DNA of 64,000 nucleotides from NCBI GenBank assembly GCA_021847015.1, contig JAJZVW010000018.1, positions 2,860 to 66,859 on the forward strand, given 5' to 3'. The DNA comes from Pseudomonadota bacterium. GTDB taxonomy: Bacteria > Pseudomonadota > Alphaproteobacteria > Rhodospirillales > Magnetospirillaceae. Each line of letters begins with the position of its first letter. Positions within the stretch are counted from its first letter, which is position 1. Made by a program: the position numbers and the translations under genes. Below the pieces are notes generated by a model that saw only the letters and a program-made list of their open reading frames with translations, had not been told where the DNA came from and did not search any database. Below are positions 8,895 through 17,093 of the stretch, piece after piece.

Positions 8895-9920
8895 ATGCCA
8901 GTGAAGCTCCTTGACAAAATTGCACGAGTGATCCGTGCGGGGCCCGGGTCCCGCAACCATCTCTTTATCATGGCCCTGGCGAGCCTCTGGCTACTGACGG
9001 GATCTCTTGCGCTAGCGGCCGACAAGCCAGTCGTGCGGGTCGGAGCCTTGAAGTCCGGCACCCTGAGCTGGGAACTCGAGGTGATCGTACGCCATCATCT
9101 GGACCAAACGAACGGCATCCAGATCAGCGAGATCGACACCCAGCGCGCCGAGGCGACCGAAACAGACCTGCGGGAAGGACGCGTCGATGTCATCCTCTCG
9201 AACTGGTTCTGGGTCTCGCAGCAACGCGCTGCCGGCGCCGATTGGACGTTCGTGCCGTTCTCGACGGCGGTCGGCGTCCTCGTGACCCCGCCGGGTACGA
9301 CGATCCGTTCGCTCCCCGATCTAAAGGGCCGCCGGCTCGGCGTCGTCGGAACGAGTCACGACGAGAACTGGCTCATCCTTCGCCTCGCGGCACAACAGCG
9401 GTATGGGTTCGACCTCAGCGAAGGTTCCACGGCGTCCTTCGGGCCACCGGCCGCCATCACCGAGCGGCTCAAGGCGGGCGAGATCGACGCGGCCTTAACG
9501 CTGTGGCAGATCGCGGCTCGGCTTGAAGGCGACGGAATGCGGCGCGCGCTCAGCGTGAATGACGTTGTCCACGAACTCGGCGTCAGCAGCGACGTTCCCT
9601 TGCTCGGCTACGTGTTTTCCGAGAAGTGGGCCCGGGCCAACCCTTCCCGCCTCGAGGGCTTCTTGCACGCCGCAAAGGACGCAAACGCAATATTGGCCAC
9701 TTCCGACACCGAATGGGACCGGATCGCACCCCTGATAGGGATGCATAGTCCTGCCGAACTCGCGAGCGTGCGTGACGCCTTCCGCGCCGGCATTCCCCGG
9801 CACTGGGGTCCGGCCGGGCGGGCCGACGCCGAGCGGCTGTATGCCCTGCTGGGCAAATCCGGCGCGGAACCTGGCACCCGCCTCGCTCCGGGCACTTTCT
9901 TCGACGTTGCACCCTACTAG
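8895..9920 (+). CDS. Periplasmic substrate-binding protein, NMT1/SsuA/TauA-like
   Basis: 341 aa with a signal-peptide-like segment (LASLWLLTGSLALAADKP) and a type-2 periplasmic binding fold pattern. No cognate permease or ATPase lies next to it. The start is uncertain (8895 or the downstream Met). Confidence 0.7.
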   Translation: MPVKLLDKIARVIRAGPGSRNHLFIMALASLWLLTGSLALAADKPVVRVGALKSGTLSWELEVIVRHHLDQTNGIQISEIDTQRAEATETDLREGRVDVILSNWFWVSQQRAAGADWTFVPFSTAVGVLVTPPGTTIRSLPDLKGRRLGVVGTSHDENWLILRLAAQQRYGFDLSEGSTASFGPPAAITERLKAGEIDAALTLWQIAARLEGDGMRRALSVNDVVHELGVSSDVPLLGYVFSEKWARANPSRLEGFLHAAKDANAILATSDTEWDRIAPLIGMHSPAELASVRDAFRAGIPRHWGPAGRADAERLYALLGKSGAEPGTRLAPGTFFDVAPY

Positions 9921-9931
9921 GGCAGTACAAG

Positions 9932-10528
9932 ATGGCCCACTTGCTGCAGCATGTCGTTCCCAGGAAGACGAAACGTTTCGCGCCTTGGGCGCTGCTGCTC
10001 GCTGTGCCAATCGGAACGATCGCAGTGCTGCTTCTTGCATGGGAGCAGCCACTCGGGAGCAGCCGACTTGGGGCCGCTGGGCAAGAATTAGCACCCCGTT
10101 TTCAGGGAACCGCTGACCACGTCCATATCCTCACCGTCGGCCGCCTTGATACGATCAAAGGTGACGAGATCGTCGTCACACTTAACATTGATCACGGGTA
10201 CCACATCAACGCCAATCCCGCTTCATTCGACTATTTGATTCCGACGCGTCTGAATTTCAGTGGTCTCGAACCGATCAGCATCGCATATCCACGTCCGACG
10301 CATTTTCAACCAAAGTTTGCCGACATGCCGCTCGATGTCTTCGAGGGAACAGTCGCGATCACCGCGCTCCTGCCGAAAGGCACTGCCAGGGGTTCCGCGC
10401 CAAGTCTTTCGCTCCGCGCTACACTTACAGCGCAGGCGTGCGACGCCGTAATATGCCTTCCTCCGGCCGACCTCACGATCGGCGCTCCGCCGGCTTCTCG
10501 CGACGAGACTACGCTTCAGCAGCGCTGA
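9932..10528 (+). CDS. DsbD N-terminal (alpha) domain-like protein
   Basis: TM/signal segment followed by an Ig-like domain pattern (HGYHINANPASFDYLIPT) and the C-proximal Cys pair LTAQACDAVICLPP, characteristic of DsbD-alpha-type domains. Confidence 0.7.
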   Translation: MAHLLQHVVPRKTKRFAPWALLLAVPIGTIAVLLLAWEQPLGSSRLGAAGQELAPRFQGTADHVHILTVGRLDTIKGDEIVVTLNIDHGYHINANPASFDYLIPTRLNFSGLEPISIAYPRPTHFQPKFADMPLDVFEGTVAITALLPKGTARGSAPSLSLRATLTAQACDAVICLPPADLTIGAPPASRDETTLQQR

Positions 10529-10575
10529 TCGCGATCAATCCAGGAGCGAGCCAGCCTCATACCAAGGTGAAGAAC

Positions 10576-10962
10576 ATGAGCTACTACTACGCAAAGACCC
10601 TGTCGGTTCCCTTCGAAGACGCCGTATTGCGCGCAACCGAAGCTCTCAACAAGGAAGGCTTCGGCATCATTACCCAAATCGATGTCAAAGAGACCTTGAA
10701 GAAAAAGATCGGTGCCGATTTCCGGAATTACCGGATCTTGGGCGCATGCAACCCCAGCGCAGCCTACGAGGCGCTCAAGATCGAAGACAAGGTCGGGACC
10801 ATGCTGCCCTGCAACGTGATCGTCCAAGAAATCAGCAAAGGTGAGGTCGAGGTTGCGGCGATCGATCCTGTCGCGTCTATGCAGGCGATCGATAACCCCG
10901 CGCTCAAGCGAGCGGCGCAAACCATTCGGGCCAAGCTCCGGAAAGTCATCGAGAGCCTATAA
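10576..10962 (+). CDS. DUF302 domain protein
   Basis: MSYYYAKTLSVPFEDAVLRATEALNKEGFGIITQIDVKETLKKKIG...YRILGACNP matches the DUF302 pattern. The ATG at 10576 is in frame with track ORF 10438..10962. Confidence 0.85.
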   Translation: MSYYYAKTLSVPFEDAVLRATEALNKEGFGIITQIDVKETLKKKIGADFRNYRILGACNPSAAYEALKIEDKVGTMLPCNVIVQEISKGEVEVAAIDPVASMQAIDNPALKRAAQTIRAKLRKVIESL

Positions 10963-11010
10963 CCGGCGTTGCGCTCACACATACCGCTCACGCAATGGAG
11001 GGTCACAGCA

Positions 11011-11748
11011 ATGAACGAAGCCGACGTTAACACAACCTGTTCACCGACTGACGGTATCCGAACGCTTTACACCGAGCTCGCGATTCACCCCGAAATGGAC
11101 TTCGGCTGGGGCAAGGGCAAGGAGAACGCCCGCCGGCTCGGATACGATAAGCGATGGCTGGAAAGCCTTCCCGACATAGCGTGGGAGTCGGCAGCCGCTG
11201 TCGGAAATCCTTTCGCGCTCGGGCCACTGAGATCCAGTGAGGCCGTCGTCGATCTCGGCTGCGGCGCCGGCGCAGACCTGTGCATTGCAGCCCTGCTCGT
11301 CGGCAATGCTGGCCGAGCGGTGGGGATCGACGTCACGCCGGCGATGATCGCGAAGGCGCGCAACGTCGCCCATGCGGTTGGCCTGGACAATGCTGAGCTG
11401 CACGTCGCCGATATGGAAACGCTGCCGTTGGCTGACGCCTCGGTCGAGGTCGTTATCTCCAACGGCGCTATCAATCTCTCCGCCCACAAGCCCTGCGTGT
11501 TCAAGGAAATCTTCCGGGTGCTGAAGCCCGGAGGCCGACTGCAGTTCGCCGACATGGTGCGCGACGGTGCAGACGAAGCGTCGAGCTGCGGCTCGTGGGC
11601 AGACTGCGTTTCGGGAACGGTCGAGCCTCAACGCTATCTCGAAATGCTCAGCGCCGCAGGTTTCATGGGGTCGGAGCTGGTGGCGCTCACCGGCTACAGG
11701 ACAGCCGCGAACACGATCGGCGCCCTCTTCCGGGCCCGGAAGCCGTAA
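11011..11748 (+). CDS. SAM-dependent methyltransferase, ArsM (arsenite methyltransferase)-like
   Basis: SAM motif I VVDLGCGAGAD, then GRAVGIDVTPAMI, VISNGAINL and LKPGGRLQF, with a C-terminal Cys-containing segment (SSCGSWADC). GGAGGG lies upstream of the ATG at 11011. Confidence 0.8.
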   Translation: MNEADVNTTCSPTDGIRTLYTELAIHPEMDFGWGKGKENARRLGYDKRWLESLPDIAWESAAAVGNPFALGPLRSSEAVVDLGCGAGADLCIAALLVGNAGRAVGIDVTPAMIAKARNVAHAVGLDNAELHVADMETLPLADASVEVVISNGAINLSAHKPCVFKEIFRVLKPGGRLQFADMVRDGADEASSCGSWADCVSGTVEPQRYLEMLSAAGFMGSELVALTGYRTAANTIGALFRARKP

Positions 11749-11817
11749 CGCGGCGGGCGGCTATAGCTTCGCCTGGCCCGTATCGCGCTTGATCTGAGTC
11801 AATGAAGCGGAGTTCGA

Positions 11818-12453
11818 ATGGCGAGAGTATCCAGCGTGCACACAGGTGGAAAGACGATTGAAGGCTTCTTCCCGGCGACTGCGATGCCAGATAGCGACTG
11901 GTGGGGCGCTCTGTGGCCCGAGCCGTCGCAGGTCGTCGCCAAGCTGGGGATCGAGCCTGGGTTGGACGTCGTAGACTTGGGTTGCGGCGACGGGCTATTC
12001 ACCGTGGCGCTCGCGCACGTGGCGCGGCGGGTGCTCGCCATCGACATCGATCCGCGGATGTTGGACCTGGCGCGCGCCAGGGTCAGTGCGGCGGGCGTGA
12101 CCAATTGCGCGTTCGTCGAAGGCGACGCTTACGAGATTGCCACGCTCGTACCGTGGCGGGCGGATTTGGTTCTCATCGCGAACACCTTTCACGGCGTGCC
12201 CGACAAGGAACGCCTCGCCCGCGGGGTGGCGGCAATCCTGAAGCCGAACGGCTGGTTCGTCGTGGTCAACTGGCACCGGCGCCCGCGAGAGGAGACCCCG
12301 GTTCTCGGCCAGCCACGCGGACCGAAGACCGACATGCGGATGGAACCGGAGGACGTGGCGGCAGCGGTCGAGCAATCGGGGCTCAGGCTCGCGCGCGTCG
12401 TCGAGCTACCGCCCTATCACTACGGCGCGATCCTCGCGAATTCTGGCACATAA
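11818..12453 (+). CDS. Class I SAM-dependent methyltransferase
   Basis: Motif I VVDLGCGDGLF and a post-I acidic residue (AIDID); 211 aa. Confidence 0.8.
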   Translation: MARVSSVHTGGKTIEGFFPATAMPDSDWWGALWPEPSQVVAKLGIEPGLDVVDLGCGDGLFTVALAHVARRVLAIDIDPRMLDLARARVSAAGVTNCAFVEGDAYEIATLVPWRADLVLIANTFHGVPDKERLARGVAAILKPNGWFVVVNWHRRPREETPVLGQPRGPKTDMRMEPEDVAAAVEQSGLRLARVVELPPYHYGAILANSGT

Positions 12454-12478
12454 TTCACAAAGAGCACTGGAGAGCATC

Positions 12479-13030
12479 ATGGACAAGCAGAACGAGCAGG
12501 CTTCCGGAACGAAGGGCGGCTGTGGCTGCCATCCTCAAAGTGCGAAAGAAGAGCCACAGGCTTCACAAGCCAAGAGCGCCGACGCCGAAAGCGGCGGCCC
12601 GATGGCCATGGGCATGGGCATGGCAAAGAAGATGATGGCCCAAATGGGCCAGGGCGGCGGTCCCATGGAGATGATGCAGAAGATGATGGCTCAGATGAGC
12701 CACGGCGAGGGCAAGCCGCCCATGGAAAAAATGATGGGCATGTGCATGGGCATGTGCGCCGAGATGCTCACTGGCCTTCGGCAGACCAATGCACTTGCCG
12801 TCTTCGCCACCCCGGAGCTGCAGCACGCCTTCGGCGAATGGCTGAAAGACCTTGAGAGCAAAGCGGAAGCCGCAGTCGCTCAGGGAGAAAAAGACGCGGC
12901 CGCACTCGCGTCGGCGCTCAACATCACAGAGGATAGCGCCCGCTATGTCCTCGCGCGGCTCGCGGCGAGTGGCAAGGTGATGCTCGTCGCGCGGTCACCG
13001 ACGCAGGGGGCAAGCGATGCCGCCGGGTGA
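12479..13030 (+). CDS. Methionine-rich putative metal-binding protein
   Basis: 183 aa. GGCGCH near the N-terminus. A 56-residue stretch (PMAMGMGMAKKMMAQMGQGGGPMEMMQKMMAQMSHGEGKPPMEKMMGMCMGMCAEM) contains 20 Met. The C-terminal half has normal composition. Confidence 0.7.
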   Translation: MDKQNEQASGTKGGCGCHPQSAKEEPQASQAKSADAESGGPMAMGMGMAKKMMAQMGQGGGPMEMMQKMMAQMSHGEGKPPMEKMMGMCMGMCAEMLTGLRQTNALAVFATPELQHAFGEWLKDLESKAEAAVAQGEKDAAALASALNITEDSARYVLARLAASGKVMLVARSPTQGASDAAG

Positions 13031-13280
13031 ATGGTGGCCCATGCCGTGGTTCGGTATGATGATGGCCCCGCTGATGATGGTGATATTCATCGTGGTCGCC
13101 TTCGTCGTCGTGATCCCCTTGATGCGCTCGTTCGGCATGGGGCCGCCTTGGTGGCACGGACACAATATGCCTCCGTCGTCGCAACGGACGCCCCTCGACA
13201 TCCTCAACGAGCGCTTCGCCCGCGGCGATATCGACAAAGCTGAATATGAAGAGAAGCGCCGGTTTATTTCGCAAGGGTGA
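13017..13280 (+). CDS. SHOCT-domain small membrane protein
   Basis: N-terminal Met/Trp-rich TM segment. C-terminal SHOCT motif LDILNERFARGDIDKAEYEEKRRFI. Overlaps the upstream gene by 14 nt. Confidence 0.8.
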   Translation: MPPGEWWPMPWFGMMMAPLMMVIFIVVAFVVVIPLMRSFGMGPPWWHGHNMPPSSQRTPLDILNERFARGDIDKAEYEEKRRFISQG

Positions 13281-13375
13281 CGCGCGGCGAGCCGCAAGGG
13301 CCGCTCACGCGTGCTCTGGGGCTTGAGAGCGAGAGATGACGTTGGCTACGACAGCGATGAAGGAGCACCCAGAGG

Positions 13376-13744
13376 ATGAGGCTTTCGACCCCGATCGGTG
13401 GCGTGGCGAGCGTAGCCGTCGCGCTTACGCCTGGCTGGGTGTGGGCACAGACACAACAACCCGCACCCTACGCGTATGATTGCGGACCGCATATGATGTG
13501 GTGGGGCGGAGGTTGGTACGGCATGATCTTTGGTCCGTTGGTCATGATCCTGGTGCTTGCCGCGGTGATCGCGGCCGTTGTCCTTCTCGTCCGCTGGATC
13601 GGAGGGCCATGGCAGGGAGCGGTGCCGCCACACCAGGCGCCGCACGCGCGCACAGCACTCGACATCCTAGATGAGCGTTACGCCCGCGGTGAGATCCAGA
13701 AAGACGAATTCGAAGAGAAACGCCGGCTGATTTCTCGAGGATAA
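13376..13744 (+). CDS. SHOCT-domain small membrane protein (paralog)
   Basis: Signal/TM segments, and C-terminal SHOCT motif LDILDERYARGEIQKDEFEEKRRLI. Confidence 0.8.
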   Translation: MRLSTPIGGVASVAVALTPGWVWAQTQQPAPYAYDCGPHMMWWGGGWYGMIFGPLVMILVLAAVIAAVVLLVRWIGGPWQGAVPPHQAPHARTALDILDERYARGEIQKDEFEEKRRLISRG

Positions 13745-14323
13745 CGCGCCTAGGGCAGCGCACTGCTGCCAGCGCGTATTCGCGAGGCCCAAAGTCAGCG
13801 GAAAGCCAGCCTGGCTTCTGATCATTTTTCCAAAAACGAGCGGCAGTTCGGAAGCACACTCGAATTGAACTTGCCCACTGCTCGGGGCTCTTTAAGCATG
13901 CGCCCTGCTAGGCCTTGGGACTCACCACGCGTATTCCGGGCCTGAGCCCCGGCGCGCCTCGCAAGCGCCATCGCATTAGGTCCGATAGGCTTACAACATA
14001 CTGTAATTATTATCATTCTCCGCACGCTGGTTGCGTGATGGCCTGGCGGGATGCCCTGGCGGTCTTGTACTCTTACACAGTTCTATGTATTAGAAAAAGT
14101 TAGCCACCTTGCTTCCGGTAAACCGCTCCATGACCCCCTCCCACCCCTCATGCACGCCCATGCGCGCCGCTCGTCGAGCGCGCTCCAGCGGCTGGATCCG
14201 GTGCGGACACTCTCGAGCTGGCGTTCAGAGCCCGGCAAGCGGCACGGGCCACATGCTTGCTTCACGCACTCCGGTGGCCGCCAAGCATGTCAGTTGCCGA
14301 GCCGGGGGCAGGCCGTGGAAATC

Positions 14324-15892
14324 ATGAAACGTCAGGCCAATTGTAAACACTTCCAGCACTTCGGCGAGGAGGACATCGGCGGCGGTGGGGGATCAGAAGC
14401 CGTGTCAGCGGTTTCTTCCTGTACGCGCGGCAGCGGCCACGGGCAGGCCCCTAGTCTCAAACTCATCCTCAGCCTGACTGCGATCGCGGCCATCACTCTG
14501 TTGACAGGCTGCGCCACCTATCATCCCAAACCGCTCGATCCAGTTCTCACTGAAGCTTCGTTTCGCGATCGCTCGTTGTCGGATCCAGGTCTTCGCGACT
14601 ACCTCGCAAGCCAAGCCGCAATCGTTGCAACAACCAAAGAGCCCATCCTCAATCTTTCAACTCTGACGCTGATAGCCTTTTACTATAATCCCGATCTAGA
14701 GGCGGCGCGGGCAAGCTTGGATTTGGCATCAGCGGGCGTTGTGACCGCCGCCGCAATGCCGAACCCGTCGGTCAATTTTCCCCCGACTTATGAAACCCCT
14801 CTGCCACCCGGTGTGACGCCGTGGGCTTTCTTTGGTCCCTCCTTCGACATTCCTATCGAGACCGCCGGCAAACGCACGTACAGGATCGCAGAGGTTCGAC
14901 ATCTTTCGCGAGCAGCCGCGTTTGGATTCATGTCGACAGCTTGGCAGGTGCGAAGCCACGTTCGTGCTGCCGCCGTTGCCTATATTTTGGCGGAGCGGAT
15001 GCTGGAGCTCCGGCGCGCCGAGGAAAGTGCGCGCTCCGAACTTGTCACCATCTTCGAGAAGAGCTTCGCAGCTGGCGAGGTTTCGCAGCCAGAACTGATT
15101 ACAGCGCGCAGCAACCTCCTCGATGCTCATCTAGCAGTCCAGGCCGCCGAAAGCACAGTCGTCGATGCGCGAAGCGCGCTCGCTACCGCGCTCGGCGTGC
15201 CCTTATCCGCCGTTGAAGGTGCCCACATTGTCTGGCCCGAACTCGCACACCCGCCAACGGACGCATCCATCGCACCGGCAGCGGTTCAAGCCGCCGGGTT
15301 GCTGAACCGACTCGACGTGCGCGGAGCGCTTGCCGACTACTCAGCGTCAGAGAGCGCACTCCAGTTAGAGATTGCAAAACAATATCCCGACATTCATCTC
15401 GGCCCTGGCTACCAGTTCGAACAGAACACAAACAAGTGGACGCTCGGCATCTCACTAACGCTGCCAGTCTTCAATCAGAACCAGGGACCAATTGCGGAAG
15501 CCGAGGCGAAGCGCGAGCAGGCCGAGATACGATTCGCTGGGCTTCAGGCACGAGTCATCGGTGACACGGCCCGAGCGCGCGCGCTCTATAAGACGGCTAA
15601 GGCAAGCCTAGCGGACGCTGACACCGCGCTCTCATTGGCGCGCCAGCAGGAGACGGCAGCAGGACGCCTCCTGCAAACAGGTGAAGGCGACCGGCTTTCG
15701 CTTGTTGCCGCCCAGATCCAACGCATTTTGGCAGAGCGTGGTCGCCTCGACGCTTTGCGACGCGCACAGGATGCGCTGGGAGCCTTGGAGGACGCAGTGC
15801 AACGGCCACTCGGCGGCGAGCCGAGCCTGCCACCGGTCCCCTTGCCACAATCGTCGCTCCAATATCTTGAAGTCGAGGAAAGCAGGTCGTGA
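14324..15892 (+). CDS. Outer-membrane efflux lipoprotein, TolC/CusC/CzcC family
   Basis: Lipobox LLTGCATY followed by two OEP-type helical repeats. GTGA overlap with the downstream adaptor gene. The true start is uncertain: the track ORF begins at 14051, the first in-frame ATG near the signal peptide is 14324, and a later GTG is possible. Confidence 0.8.
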   Translation: MKRQANCKHFQHFGEEDIGGGGGSEAVSAVSSCTRGSGHGQAPSLKLILSLTAIAAITLLTGCATYHPKPLDPVLTEASFRDRSLSDPGLRDYLASQAAIVATTKEPILNLSTLTLIAFYYNPDLEAARASLDLASAGVVTAAAMPNPSVNFPPTYETPLPPGVTPWAFFGPSFDIPIETAGKRTYRIAEVRHLSRAAAFGFMSTAWQVRSHVRAAAVAYILAERMLELRRAEESARSELVTIFEKSFAAGEVSQPELITARSNLLDAHLAVQAAESTVVDARSALATALGVPLSAVEGAHIVWPELAHPPTDASIAPAAVQAAGLLNRLDVRGALADYSASESALQLEIAKQYPDIHLGPGYQFEQNTNKWTLGISLTLPVFNQNQGPIAEAEAKREQAEIRFAGLQARVIGDTARARALYKTAKASLADADTALSLARQQETAAGRLLQTGEGDRLSLVAAQIQRILAERGRLDALRRAQDALGALEDAVQRPLGGEPSLPPVPLPQSSLQYLEVEESRS

Positions 15893-17079
15893 CGAAGCAG
15901 CCACAGTACCGGCGCTATGTCGTACGGGCACTCATCGCGTTCATTGGTATTGTTGCCGTGCTCACGATAGTGCGTATCGCTCTCTTCAAGGGCGCTCAGT
16001 CTGCCAACGGATCAGGCCACACTGAAGCAGCGACAGGTGAAGAGGCGGAGCAGAAAGGCGTTTTCCGAACTGCAGATGGCGAGATCGCAATTCACCTCGA
16101 AGGTTCTACTCAACGAGTTATAGGGCTGCAGTTTGAGGCATTGTCCGCAGCGACGCTGCATCCCGAAGTCACAGCCTACGGCGTGCTGCAGGAGGACCCG
16201 TCGCATACCTTCACCATACGAGCGCCCATAGCCGGGATCGTCCACCCTGGAAAAGACGGCCGCTGGCCAGATCTCGGTGTCGTGCTTCCGGATGGCGCTG
16301 TCGTCGGAACGATCACTCCGCGCGTCGCTCCCACGGTGCTCGCCGCCGCCAAGGCCGCGCGTGATCGCGCAAAGACGCTCAATACCGACGACAAGATTGT
16401 CTCCGACAAGGTGCTCCAGGAGGCGGAGGCCAGACTCGCATCTCTGACCCAGCCAATGCCACTGGTTGCAGATCGCGGCGGGACGGTCATCGACGTACTG
16501 GCGCAACCAGATGAAGCGATCGAGAACGGTCAGCCGGTTCTCCGCGTAGCACGCTTCGATACCATTCTCGCGAAGGTCGTCGTGCCATCGGCTGATCCCG
16601 TATCTGACAACGCGTCAGCTCGAGTGATCGTCATCGGCCACGAAGATCACCCGCTCTCAGGGGAGAGCATTGCCCTCATCGCAGTCGATCCAAGGACACA
16701 AGGCCAGACCGTCCTCATCCGATTGCGAGCCGACGGATTTGCCCTGCGACCGGGTCAGGCAGTTACCGCCTATCTAACGGCGCCGGGCGCGCCGATCAGC
16801 GGCGTTGTAATCCCCCGCACTGCCATCGTCCGATACGCAGGAAAAGCGTGGGTCTACGTGCGGACTACCCGCGAAACATTTGTCCAGCGCGAAGTGCCCA
16901 CCGACCATCCCGTCGATGGCGGCTGGTTCGCCGCCACCGGCTTCAAGCCCGGCGACCGGATCGTCACTGTCGCAGCAGAGACCGTCCTGTCAGAAGAACT
17001 GAAGGCACAAATCCCATCCGCCGAGGAAGGCGAGTCTGCTGAACAGCAAGAACAAGAACGACGCGAGCATCGGCAATGA
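15889..17079 (+). CDS. RND efflux periplasmic adaptor (membrane fusion protein, CusB/CzcB-like)
   Basis: 396 aa with an N-terminal TM anchor. Its position between the OMF and RND pump genes fits an adaptor. GTG start overlapping the OMF stop. Confidence 0.8.
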   Translation: MTKQPQYRRYVVRALIAFIGIVAVLTIVRIALFKGAQSANGSGHTEAATGEEAEQKGVFRTADGEIAIHLEGSTQRVIGLQFEALSAATLHPEVTAYGVLQEDPSHTFTIRAPIAGIVHPGKDGRWPDLGVVLPDGAVVGTITPRVAPTVLAAAKAARDRAKTLNTDDKIVSDKVLQEAEARLASLTQPMPLVADRGGTVIDVLAQPDEAIENGQPVLRVARFDTILAKVVVPSADPVSDNASARVIVIGHEDHPLSGESIALIAVDPRTQGQTVLIRLRADGFALRPGQAVTAYLTAPGAPISGVVIPRTAIVRYAGKAWVYVRTTRETFVQREVPTDHPVDGGWFAATGFKPGDRIVTVAAETVLSEELKAQIPSAEEGESAEQQEQERREHRQ

Positions 17080-17093
17080 GGAGATCCTGACCA

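Noticed and set aside
12563-12826. His-rich minus-strand ORF (HAHAHAHHFFHG...)
   Set aside because: It is the reverse complement of the Met-rich coding stretch (ATG read as CAT). The plus-strand ORF is longer, has a normal-composition C-terminal half and fits the plus-strand operon.
13745-13780. Rho-independent terminator after the second SHOCT gene (GGCAGCGCACTGCTGCC)
   Set aside because: The stem is short and imperfect and has no following T-tract. Similar GC hairpins are common in this DNA.
14051-14323. N-terminal ~90-aa extension of the outer-membrane factor ORF
   Set aside because: The extension precedes the lipoprotein signal peptide, has an odd composition (Arg/Ser/His/Pro-rich) and lies in the low-GC leader. 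It is more likely untranslated.
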